DNA of 63,817 nucleotides, the filler included, from Reticulomyxa filosa (Eukaryota > Protista > Foraminifera): NCBI GenBank assembly GCA_000512085.1. It is 17 parts of 17 records of this genome, joined end to end, with 100 filler letters (N's around TTAATTAATTAA, not from the genome) between each part and the next. Parts side by side here need not be neighbours in the genome. Positions count along the whole stretch, not along the records: positions 11,619 to 18,894 come from ASPP01021671.1; positions 18,995 to 26,876 come from ASPP01004184.1; 15 more parts are not named here. The stretch is one strand, 5' to 3'. A program made the translations under genes and the position numbers. Positions 13,218-25,054 of the stretch are shown piece by piece. Numbering within the stretch: position 1 is the stretch's first letter; every line of letters starts with the position of its first letter. The notes under the pieces were generated by a model that was given only the letters and a program-made list of their open reading frames with translations, was not told the origin of the DNA and searched no databases.

Positions 13218-15881
13218 CTATTCCTTTCAAAGTTCGTATTTTTTTGCTGTTTCTTTATTACTTTTTTTTTTTAAACTCTTTTTTGTTTACGATTCATTGA
13301 TGTGTTTGTATGCTGACTCCCAAAAATGAATATAATCGTGTTTTTTGTTGTTTTTTTTTTATGACCGATGAAAATCTTATCTGTGGTTGCAAATAATGCT
13401 TTGCCTACCACAAGAGTGGAAACCTTGCATCTTGGGGATTGTGTTTTTTTGTAAGGTAATTTTTTTTTCAATGAGTGGGCCACGGTAATGTCCATCCATT
13501 TGGGCTTAACAATGGCAAATTATTTAACAAATTATTTGACTACATGTAACACCAAATGAGAAGCGTTCTTTTTTTTTCCAAATTTTTTTACAAAAAAAGC
13601 ATGACAGCATTTATTATGGCATTGCAATGAAATGGAATGAATTGCGGCAACTATGTATGTCATTTGTCAATAACAACAGAATCTTGTCTTCTGATAAATG
13701 TTATATACTGTTGAACATAAGATATAATAAGATCATGATATTATTTCTTTTTAAATTGACAAAGCAGCTATTGAAATATGAACTTGAATCAATTTGCGCA
13801 AACTCAGTAGAACGCAAAATAAAGTTGACCTAAAAAGGCACATTATAGAGATAATTGATTTTCTACATGAAAAAACAACATTCAGATCTAATTTTTTTTG
13901 GAAATATCTACAAATAATGTACTTTTTAAATATCATTTTGGTTTTTTATTAAATCTTTCGTAATTATTTCAATATTTTGTACTTTATTTTTCTTTTTTTT
14001 TAGCTATATGTAGTTCGATATTTAATTATTTTTTTGAAATTGCTAAATCATTGAGAATTTTAGCAAAAAACGTACTGTTGAGCTGTTGAATCAGTACTGG
14101 AGTTTGCTCAAAGTTGCAAAACAATTTTGTGTAAGTCAGGAATGTGTGCGTAAATGGAATCTGACGTTCATATAAAAACATCAAAAATTGGTAGTTGAAG
14201 CATAATAGTTGTCTATTATTTTCGTCTTGTTATTAATTTGACATAAATTTGTTCGACGGAATAATGAGATATTTTAGCGTTTTTTGTCTAGGTTCGTAAA
14301 CGTGTTTTCTCCATACACCTAGTGCATGAATTAATTCCTACCATGCACAATCAATTTTAAATAAAAAAAATAACTATAATTTATTCGCTTCTCCTGTTTC
14401 TTCATCCAAGTTAAAATATCATCAAACAAAAAAAATTATTTTTGAAATGCAATACAAAACGCATGATCCAAAATTAACAATTTATCTATTTGTTTTTGAT
14501 TTCTTGTAATATATAATACGATGAACTTTGTTTGAAATGATAGATTGTACTAAGTGGAGTAATTCCAAATCACCATCTACTTTGGGGAATCGATTTGGAT
14601 TTGCGATGGGTGGGTAGATCATCGTGACAACAGTTTTGTTTTTTTTTTCAAATCAGGAGCCCAGCTTCCCAACATCATCTCCAGCTAGGCAGCCAATCCG
14701 ATAGTTAATACAAGAGTAAATTGCAATCTCAGCAAAGAACCCGACTGATGATTATTGCCAATCAAGTAAGTGAATGTGATGAAATACATCTTCTTTTTTA
14801 TGATTTTAGTAAATTTAAACGATTTAATATGGCATCAATATTGATGATACGCTCTATCAAATTATATCAAGTATGTACTCTTTCTTTTTTTCCCACAAAT
14901 TTATCACACGATAATTTTTTTGTGAATATGTACAAAATATGGCACCTCCAACAACAAGGCCGATCACAAGATTACTAACTCGGAGACCTTCAATCCTTCA
15001 TTCAATAGTGGTTCAATTCTACAACTGCTTGGAAGACGCACAGACCCACAGAGTGATTCATTTTACTCAAATGTCTTAAATATGATTTTAGTCAAATCAG
15101 AAATTATTGAAAATTGTGATAAATGAAAATACAGTATATTGCAAAAAGACTTACATACATAAATCATCCATGAAGAGAATAGATTTTCTTCATGAAAAAT
15201 AAACATTTAACAATAGTTTTTAAAAAAATATACAAATATCGTGTTAAATTTTTTTATCATTTGTTTTATCATTTTAAATTTTGACTTTTTGAAATTGTTT
15301 TATCGTAGTGACTAAAAAAAACTAAAATTAAAAGATAGTTATATTAATGCGAGCTTCGAGTTTAAATGAGCACAAAGATCATATTGCAAAAAATCATATC
15401 TTTTTAGATGAAACAAGAAAAAAATTGTTAAACAAATACCTTTACAAATTAACAAAACTTAAAAGATAATATCAAAATCAAAAGATCAATGTTTTGTAAA
15501 TGCAATGTCATAATTTTAGTTTGATTTGCTCAAAAAATGTTAGGCATGTCTGCAAGATAAAAAATGAAATCGATTATAAAATTCATAAAGAATATTAAAT
15601 GCTGAACAGTGTGTTTGTTGTTTAGATTATGAAAATAACAGTTGGATTCGATATAAATACTGTCACAAAACTCAAAACAATAAAAAAAACTTTACCTCGG
15701 GAAAATAACAAAAAGAAAAAGCAATATTTGCATAAGATTTGCTTAATTACTTAGTCATAATTTATTGTCATTTGAACTTTTGTTTAATTGTTGTGTTCCC
15801 AACTGTTGAAACTTACAAACAAAAATTCAATGCAAAATCTCATTATTTACTATTTACACCTTGTAAGAAAAATAAAAGATT

Positions 15882-16859
15882 TTACACAGATTTTTTTTGT
15901 TGAAAGATGATTTCATAATCAGCGGTATCTTGACTCTCCACACAATACCATTCACCACTACCTTTATTCTTAATATCTTCTCGAATTTCTCTTAACATCT
16001 GACTTAAAGGATAAGTCTTGTATTTTGCAACAATTATATTTTTCATGCTTTTACTGAATAATGACAAATCGCCTACCTTATATCCTTTTGTTGTTGACCA
16101 TATCATCAAAAAACCATTGTCATTATGCACATTGCTTTGTTTTTTTTCTTTCTTTCCTCTTGTTTTAGTACTGTCTGTAGCGTGAGGAGTATTATTGCCA
16201 CGACAGACATCAATTATAAATATTTTGGGACAATCTCGAAAAGATTTCATTTCATTACAATCAAAGGACGCTCGAATTCCATTTATTGACATTGTATCTC
16301 CCTCACTTGTTACTAATACATCATTTTCATCACCATGTCCTGATATTATCATTATAAATGCATCATAGTTGTTCAAATTTCTTCGAAGTTTGAAGTCGAT
16401 AAATAATTTATCTATAAATTCTTGAACATCTTCTTTGTTCATCTTTGGTTTTTCATTGCATACAAATTTATAGTTCAATTCTTGCTCAAATATATACTTG
16501 AAATTGGTGATATCTTCGTCTTTAACACTTTCAAGATTACACCATTTATCGTTGTCTTCGTATTCACTAATGGCAATCATCACTATCAATGCATTTTTAA
16601 TTTTTTTCGTTTTTCCAATGATTGGAGTCCAACGTATTTTAAATAAAGGTTCATTGCTTTCAAATTCTTTTTCCACATCTCTATCTGATTCAAGAATATT
16701 ATCTTTCATATCGACCAAATGAATTTTTAAATTTTCATCGTTTATCTTTTGGAAATCTGTTGCTTCCAAGCAGCAATAACTTTGGCGAAGAAGTTCTTTG
16801 AAGGTCAATTCTTTCATTTTTATTTCTTTTTTTATTTCGCCCACCATCACATGTGCCAA
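15882..16859 (-). CDS. Caspase-fold (peptidase C14, caspase/paracaspase-like) protease: final large exon with a PB1-like N-terminal module; further exons upstream
   Basis: NALIVMIAISEY first strand, catalytic His in IISGHG, catalytic Cys in PKIFIIDVCRG, p10-like FLMIWSTTKGY...SLF...LSQML. An AG acceptor directly precedes 16859. Confidence 0.88.
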   Translation of the reverse strand: MAHVMVGEIKKEIKMKELTFKELLRQSYCCLEATDFQKINDENLKIHLVDMKDNILESDRDVEKEFESNEPLFKIRWTPIIGKTKKIKNALIVMIAISEYEDNDKWCNLESVKDEDITNFKYIFEQELNYKFVCNEKPKMNKEDVQEFIDKLFIDFKLRRNLNNYDAFIMIISGHGDENDVLVTSEGDTMSINGIRASFDCNEMKSFRDCPKIFIIDVCRGNNTPHATDSTKTRGKKEKKQSNVHNDNGFLMIWSTTKGYKVGDLSLFSKSMKNIIVAKYKTYPLSQMLREIREDIKNKGSGEWYCVESQDTADYEIIFQQKKSV

Positions 16860-16923
16860 CTATTTTGTATTTTGTGATTGTAATTTGGATAAAACCAAGA
16901 ATAAAAGATCATATAATTGATTA

Positions 16924-18866
16924 ACTTTCTCTTCTGTATTATCTTGATTAATCTATTTATCAAATAATATGTATCAGTATGCATTGAACTATTTAGTTAA
17001 AAGAAATACAGCGTAACAAATTCAAGGTAAGCAATAATGGAAAAACGAATAGAATCAACATCATCTTTTGTGATGTGATATTTCCATTTGCATTCATTCG
17101 ACAACCATTTTCCAAATTCTTCATTTGACATTGTCTTAAACTTTTTAATAATCTCTTTTTTATCTCTTTGCTCTTTTTGATTCCACCATTTCAACCAGTT
17201 TTTATATTTTTCCTGGATTTTATTATTTTGGAGTATATCAAATGCAAACAAAAAGAGGCACGTTGTATCAGTCTGATTCAAACATAAATCTAAAAAAGAG
17301 TGGCTCCAACATGTATATAAATATAAGATAAAACAAACTTGTGTAAATGGGGGATTTTGGCCAACCAAATTTTTGAAAGTGATTATACCCTTTTTCAACA
17401 AGTTTTTGGTAATCTTATTCACTTTGTTATTTATTGACTGATTTTCTAAATGTAATTCCTTTTTTTATGTTATTTTTTTTGCTTAATTAGAATTGGAAAA
17501 AAAGATTGAAATACAAAAGACAAAAATTGTTTACATTCCACAAGATATCAATCAAACGGGATACAACAGGTTCGCAGTAATCTACTTGTCCATAACAGTT
17601 TTCAACTGTGGTCAACAATTGATAATCGTTCTTCCAACTGTTAACATATATACATATATATATTTTTGCACAATGTTGTATAACAATTTGTAAGAAAAAA
17701 AAACAAAAAAAGCCATTACATCATCTTTTGTTGTTGCATAAACGCCAAGAAAGCTAAAAAGTTTTCAGATGATTTCACTAATTTGATAAATTCAGTGTTG
17801 TTTTGGAATTGATTTAAAAATGAAGAGCCAGTTTCACCTTCTTCAAAAACACCAAGTGTATTAAGCTTCTCCAAATGTTTACGCCATTGTTCAAAATCCG
17901 CTTGAAATACAATAAACATAACTTCCCAACACTTCTCCGCACGATTTGAACAGACATGATTCCATACATTTTTATCTTGTGAGAATAAACATTCCAAAAT
18001 GGATTGAGACAGCTTCCTATCCTTCTGAACGATCAGCAAATCAATGACATACTCTTCACTATACTTGGGAGCAATTACATTTAATTCTCGTATACGTAAA
18101 TCCGTCTTCAATACAGAAATGAGTTTTTTGTCTAGATCATCCCCTTTCCATTCTGGACACTCACCCTTTTCAAAATGGTTCGATAATTTAATTCCAGATG
18201 TGTTGTTTGTGGGGAACAATGACAAATAGTTTAAACATGGAGTGAGAAAAAAGAGATCCCATTTGGAAAGCTTTTCATTGAGATATGACCTTATATCTTT
18301 GAGTAGCATCTCATTAATGACTGAAGGTAAATTGCCTTGGTATTGTTCGAAAATGTACGAGATTACTTCAAACCACTTCCAAGATGACCATTGTCCTACA
18401 GATGTGGTACTGCCTCCATTTTTCTTTGGATTATCCAATTTCCATCTACGCAATAGTAAATGTTGCAACACCTTGTTTTTTATTATTCGTTATTCTCTTT
18501 TTCTTCAAAAAGAATATATATATTTTGCAAAACTGATGACAAGTTTATCTCTGTTGTTTCAAATTGTTGTATCCTTTTTTCCAATTCTTGTTCTGACTGC
18601 TCCATTTCTTTTTCAATCACTGATTTTATATCTTTCTGTGAATTTAGAATAAAGTTGAATGTGTCCACATCCTTGACGCCGTCCAATAAATGATTAAAAA
18701 TTATTCTATCTGTCATAATTGGGTTTTGTGTGCCTGTCTGAGCGGAACGACAAAAATGGAGAATCAGCGTGTATTGAATAATTTTTCTTTTTGTTTGTGT
18801 ACTGTACACAAAGAGATACATCTCCTTGTACTGCTTGAAAATCTTTGTAAAAAACGGTGGATGCAA
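16924..18866 (-). CDS. Upstream helical/coiled-coil exons, probably spliced to the caspase exon; one frameshift near 18485
   Basis: ORFs 18483-18866, 17716-18471 and 16997-17422 plus short exons (~17536-17637, ~16924-16950) can be joined by GT-AG introns, mostly in compatible phase. Confidence 0.45.
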
Positions 18867-19149
18867 TCTTTTGCACTCACATTCTTTTTTTTTANNNNNN
18901 NNNNNNNNNNNNNNNNNNNNNNNNNNNNNNNNNNNNNNTTAATTAATTAANNNNNNNNNNNNNNNNNNNNNNNNNNNNNNNNNNNNNNNNNNNNCAGTTC
19001 CATTTACGTTCAAGTATTTATAGTAGGGACTTGTCCTATACCGTCGTAAATATTATGCAAATTTGGAAATCAAAATAATTTAGCTATATTTAAAAAAAAT
19101 TTACAAATCGATAAAATATGAACATAAATAAATAAAATACTTTCGCGAA

Positions 19150-20040
19150 ATGACTGCATCAAAAACGTTGAGTTAAAAATATTGGAAATGTTACTTAGAT
19201 CAGTTGCGCAAGTGATATGTGTATATGTTCGACGAAAATATTCACATCCAATGTCAAAATCATTAGGAGATCTCTTGTAATTTTTGAAAATCTCTCAAAC
19301 AAATCAATGGAATTTGACGTATTTTTTGTTTAAAAATAAAATGATACCAAGGCGAATTACAGATTTCATTGAATAACTTTAATGCCTCCACAATACGGCT
19401 GGTAGATTTATCTTCAAACAAGATCTAATTAATTGACAAATTTTATTTTATTTTTTTTTTTGTGAAAAGGAAACAAAAGAAATTTTTTCCTAATCTTACC
19501 TGGTCATATTCACTTAATGCTACCACAAAAATAATGCAAGTAATATCTTCAAAACAATGTATCCATTTTTTTTTTCTTTCATTTCGTTGACCACCAACAT
19601 CTAACAAACAAAACAAAGTTCCTTCAACTTCAAAAGTAGTTTCTACAATACTGGTGGTACTATATCATCCATTTGATCAAAAAAATAAGGTGCATTGTCT
19701 GGAAATTGAAATTTATAACGATTTTGGAAAATCTTTTGAATTCCTTTGTCATTCCATAATGTGTGAATGTCTTCAACAATATCTTTAGTCAATTCTTAGT
19801 ACGCTTCACAATCACATCATGCTCCTCTTCAAACTAAGTACATTACTAGAACTGTATTGTGTTTTGGATTACATATACTTTTTTTTTATTATTTTAATTA
19901 ACATCAGTTTCAATTTCACTTTTTAAAGCGTCCATATTACGCAATAACATTTTTATTGCATTGATAATATTTTGAAATATATATTAAGAATCTGCTATAT
20001 TTTTTTTTTTGTTCGTTCTTTCTCCAGAGGCCAATCTCTT
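19150..20040 (-). pseudogene. Heterotrimeric G-protein alpha subunit pseudogene
   Basis: Manual translation gives [112 protein letters not shown] and YTHITCATD. It has block deletions, an in-frame TAA and no intact P-loop. Confidence 0.88.
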
Positions 20041-20342
20041 ACAACTATTTGTATTCAAGATAATAGAAATAAGACGACAAAAAGATTGGTATTGAATGAT
20101 ATGAAAACTTAGCCATTCCTTGAATTGATGAAATGGACTTTATTTGAAAAAAGAAGTGTTAATAAAAGTCAACAATTGGTCAATAAAGATAACAACAACC
20201 AAAAAAGAACACTCACAAAACCATTCCAAAATATTTTAATCTTAATTTAAATTATTTTTCATTTGCCTTCCTATACTCAATCTCTTGATTATCATAGACT
20301 TGCCTTTAAAATTGTGTTCGTATCACTCGAACACAATGGATT

Positions 20343-21219
20343 TTACGTTTTGACTTTAGGAGAGCAAATGGCTTTAAGACCTTTCAAGACCAAAGTAAAC
20401 CAATAAATATTAAGAGCATGAAACAAATAATCAATACCAAGAAGTGAATAGGCAATCCATTTAGGCATGCACGTAGAGTCAATACCATTAGCACCCTCAA
20501 ACCAAACAGACAATGTCATTTCATAAGTAGCATAGCTTCCGACCATTAACCGACTAAACAAGAAAGAAACTCCAAAAAGGGATCTATTACACCAAAGTTC
20601 CAAACAAAAAAAAATTTATTTATTATTACATATGGTAATAACGCAAAATCCAAATTACAAAATGTACAAAATACCTCAACAAAACTGCAAGAATCGGATA
20701 ATCGAAGCTGTAGGCTAGGATGTACCCTTGCAAGAAAATGGTGGAAAATTCAAAAAACAACACAATAAGTCCAATTCTTGAAAACGTTCCACAAAAGGCA
20801 ATGAGACTGTACGTGTATATACACATAATAGCGTGGATTAAAAAATCCATTCCCCATTTTTCCACAATGGTTTTATACAAATCCCACACGAAATAACCCA
20901 ATGACACACAAAGCAGTACGTCGTCCATTGGTTGGTTTGCACAGTAACTTTTTGGAAGTACAGTTATCGGATTTTTAATAAAAATTGCAAAACACGACAC
21001 GGAAGATGCGTATAATGCATGGCCCAGTGCCGTCATACGTGTTGCTGATTTGTCATCAAGTCGTGGTATTGATCTCAGTGTTGTCCAAAATATTTCCCAA
21101 AACACTGCTGACACTATTACAGTCGCGATGCGATACACTGGTAAGAATGGATAATCTGGATTGATGCGCCATTCCAATGGAGCAATTTCGTAATTTAACA
21201 TATACAAAAAATACTTCAT
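20343..21219 (-). CDS. TLC (TRAM/LAG1/CLN8) domain membrane protein, TLCD4/TMEM56-like, two exons
   Basis: SLGYFVWDL, FLIHA, FFEFSTIFL, FLFSRL and LNIYWF motifs; several hydrophobic helices; intron ~20586-20673. Confidence 0.85.
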
Positions 21220-22249
21220 TTCTGAAGTATTATACTATATAATCACAATCAACGAAAAGTGAACTTTTCTAAATTTGCCAAAAAACGTAGTTCTTTACTA
21301 TATTTATTGATATTTTGTTACTGTGACAACTGACAAACAAAATTGTTTATTGTTGTAAGTTTTCAAACATTTTTTTTTTTCAGCTTTCAATTTAGGATTG
21401 GAGGTAAAATAATTGGATTCTTTTCCCTACGTTTCCTTAATATGACCCCTTTTTATATGAAAAGCAAGTTATAGTGTTATGACACAATAGATATATCAAT
21501 TAAATAAAATAAGAAAACACTCACAAAAAGACAGCTTATTTCCAATTAACATAGCTACAAGATAATGTGAAATGTGGCTTGGTTTGGGGTTGAAAACGAA
21601 TTTTTCGCACACGTTGAGCAACATGTATCCAAAAGTGATGTTTTCACGCAAATCGTTTAACACTTTCTTTGAATTCTTGAACGATATCTTGTTTTTTTTT
21701 AAATATATATTGTTGGCCGTGGCTATACTGGTACACGTAATCTCTTGGTTTTTTTGCAAGTAATCGGTCAATATGAGTGTCAATGGTGTCATACTCAAAG
21801 TATTTTCCAAATTGTTTTGTTCAATTGTATTTGAACATTGAATGGTATTTTCTCAAAACACATCCACAACTATTAAGACAATTCGTTCCAGTAATCTTTC
21901 TATTCATACGTATGGTTTCGTGCATTGACGGCGTTATGACATATATGTATATTTTTTAAAAATAAGAAAAGATTTGTTGATAAATTTGCGATAACACAAA
22001 CAAACGATTTGTTCAAACTCACTAGACTTTTGACTATTACAATAAGTGAAAACACAACAAACATTCCACTGATACGAAACAACAATTTGGAGCATAAATC
22101 TTTAAAAAAAAAAAAATTATAGTATCTTGTTTAAAGTCATAACAAAAATATTTTTAAAAATATTATCAAATTGATTTTGTGCAATTATTTTTTGATAATA
22201 ATAAATAATTGCACAAAATTCAATGATAACGACTTCTAAAAGTTTCTAT

Positions 22250-22570
22250 TGAATGGGAACTTTTTTTAAAATCAATTATAGTTTTTTTAAATGTCATTAA
22301 GCATAAAACTACATTAATTATACATAATAGTATATTAAATTTGATATTATCTGGATCAGATTATAAAGATGTTAATTTATTATATACTCGATCCAAAAGA
22401 TTATTTAATTTGATATTATCTGGGTCAGATTATAAATATGTTAATTTATTATATACTCGATCCAAAAGATTATTCAATTTATTAAATTGAAAAAGATAGA
22501 TAAAATAAATAATATTAGATATGATTTGGACTTATGTTATTGTTCATTCAATGGTGATATCCATATTAAA
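22250..22570 (+). pseudogene. Decayed remnant of the WD40 family seen at 62174-62541, containing a 69-bp tandem duplication (22338-22475)
   Basis: The repeat unit translates NLILSGSDYKDVNLLYTRS, versus ILSGSNDKSVRLWDIRS in the intact copy. Downstream YDLDLCYCSFNGDIHI corresponds to YDLSLCYGSFKGSIRIW. Confidence 0.7.
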
Positions 22571-23093
22571 AGTTGTTTTTTTTTTTTAAAAAAAGTTTGA
22601 TTAAAAGAAAAATAAGTTGATATTTGCTAAAATTTCTGCTCAATAATATAGACTTTTCAAAATTTACTAAAGTTGAAATAATTTTTAAATCAATGTGTTG
22701 TAGTGCAAGTCTCCAATATATGGCTAAACTCATCCTTTGTCTTTATTGTTTTATTCATCTTTCATTTACTTAATTTACTTTTCTTTTATCGAAAACATAT
22801 ATCTCTTTTTGAGTAAAACTTTTCATATTACATTAGTGTAGTCTTTTATCAGCAGACGTCCCCACAGTGTTTGTATCCTTTTAATAAGTTTCAATAAAAT
22901 TTACAATAAAGAATGACCATGCATATTCATTTGTAAATATGAGATGTTGCATTACGACTGTTTTTGTGATATCTTGTTGGTCGTTCCGCAACCCCTTGTA
23001 CCGTCACTAGTCATAGCTTTTTTTTTTTAATAGCAATATTTTTTTACATCATCCTTTGTCAACAAATCGAATAATTCTCATCTTCACCTAAAA

Positions 23094-24593
23094 ATGGCAT
23101 GTTAAAAAAAACAAAAAACAAGTTTCTATGATTGAAGTAGCTTGATTTGTGTGGCATTCATTGGTTTAGGCTTTTGACACAGGCAACACATCAGAGAAGT
23201 CCAATGTCCATAGTCAATCACAAACAGTAACCCCACTTTCGATTGAAACCGGACACAAAGACATGATAGTTAAGGACTGTTTGTGTTTTGTAATATGTTT
23301 GGTGTAAGCGTCAGCACGAACATTAGTCACACGATGAAGTTGAGAAAGAAAAGAAAAAATTATCATGAAAAACACTAGCATGACATTCAAGTAGATTATT
23401 ATGGAAAGACAGTTGCCACAGCTTCTGCAGATCATACAGTCCGACTCTTTCATGTTGTTCGAGACAAATACTTTCCGTTGGCCGTATTGCAAGAGTATGT
23501 TGTTTGTTTGTGATTTATTTAATTTTTTTTTTTTTTTATAAAGTTAATCAACCCCTTTTTTTTTTTTTTATTATAAAAAAAAAAGACATGAAGGGCCAGT
23601 GTGGCGTGTGTCATGGGCCCATCCGAAATATGGGTCAATATTGGCATCATGCGGTTACGATCGCAAGTTGATCATATGGCAAATGCTCTCACAAAAAAAT
23701 AACACTTGGGCGCCAGTTTTCATCGATCAATCTGCGGGGTCAATCAACTGTGTTCAATTTGCTCCAGTTGACTATGGTCTGCAATGTATCGCCGGATCGT
23801 CGGATGGAACAATTAGTCATTATATTTTTCAAAGTTATATTTTTCAAAAATTGTTATTATTACACATACACACACACACACATACAAATACATATAAATT
23901 ATATATATGTATACATATATGTGTGTGTGTGTTAAAATAGAGGGAAACCAACCGAGCAATCAATGGAAAAAACAATCGAGCTTTGAAGCACACAATGGTG
24001 GAGTGAATGGTGTGTCGTGGTGCCCTAGTAGCGGATCGGCGGTGTTGGGTGCACCTTCCAAAACGAATCCGAATGTCGGCAGTGTCACCAAAAAGTTTGC
24101 CAGCTGTGGATGCGATAATATAATAAAGATCTGGGAATGGAATGTTGAACACTCGTGCTGGACCTCCACCGCCAAATTGTCTCAACACACCGATTGGGTC
24201 AGAGACGTGGCATGGGCACCCATTCCTGGTGCACACTCCCATGGAATAGTCGCCAGCTGTTCCGAAGTTTGTTGGACTATTGTTCTTTTTAAAACATACA
24301 CATTTTTTTTAAAAAAAAAAAAAAAAAAGAAATATATGTACAATCGAAACTGTGCAAATCGCGTATACACACACAACAACTTGTAGGATAAAAGTGTAAT
24401 CATTTGGAAACAAAAAGGAGATGGATGGAAATCAAGTGCACAAATTCATCTTTCAGACCGAGTTTGGAGTGTGTCTTGGTCAGAATTAGGAAACATTTTG
24501 GCTGTGGCTTCGGGAGAAAATCAAGTGCAATTGTTCAAGGAAGGTATCGATGGAAAATGGCATGATGTCAGCAAAGTCAACTCATCAAAATAA
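23094..24593 (+). CDS. SEC13: COPII/nucleoporin WD40 protein Sec13, multi-exon
   Basis: IETGHKDMI/HDIQVDYYGK, HEGPVWRVSWAHPKYGSILASCGYDRK, AHNGGVNGVSW, HTDWVRDVAWAP, VWSVSWSELGNILAVASG. The start is inferred from a 7-nt first exon at 23094; stop TAA at 24591-24593. Confidence 0.93.
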
Positions 24594-25054
24594 AAATAAC
24601 AAATAAACGTTTACATTTTGATTTTTAATTTATGTTTGCGTACTCTCTTCTTGACAAGTTATTTATTTTTCTTCCTGCAATTTTATTATCACATTTTTTT
24701 TTGGTACTTGGGAATCCTCAATGATCGAGTAAATTAAATGGAGCTGAAAATTACTTTTTTTTTATATAAAAAAAGTAGTGCCGCAGGCTTGTGCATTTTT
24801 GTGAAAGAAATAAAGAAGAAATTAGCCAAAAAAAATGTTGTCAATGAAAACAGTATGAATGATTATTGAACCGTAGAAAATACATTTCCATAAATTTCTT
24901 GTTTTATTTTGAACAAAAACTAAAGAAGAGTGTAGATGGTTTTTTTTCCTCCTTCCTCACCTTGTCCACTTGATTTAATCCTTTGTGGTTTTATTTTTGG
25001 AATCGCATAAAGGGAAAAAGTGCATGATGAAGGAAGGGAAAGGAAAAAAAAAAT

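Noticed and set aside
13600-15100. Short ORFs in the AT-rich interval (13627-13833, 14721-14978)
   Set aside because: No motifs or consistent splice structure; at most unassignable remnants.
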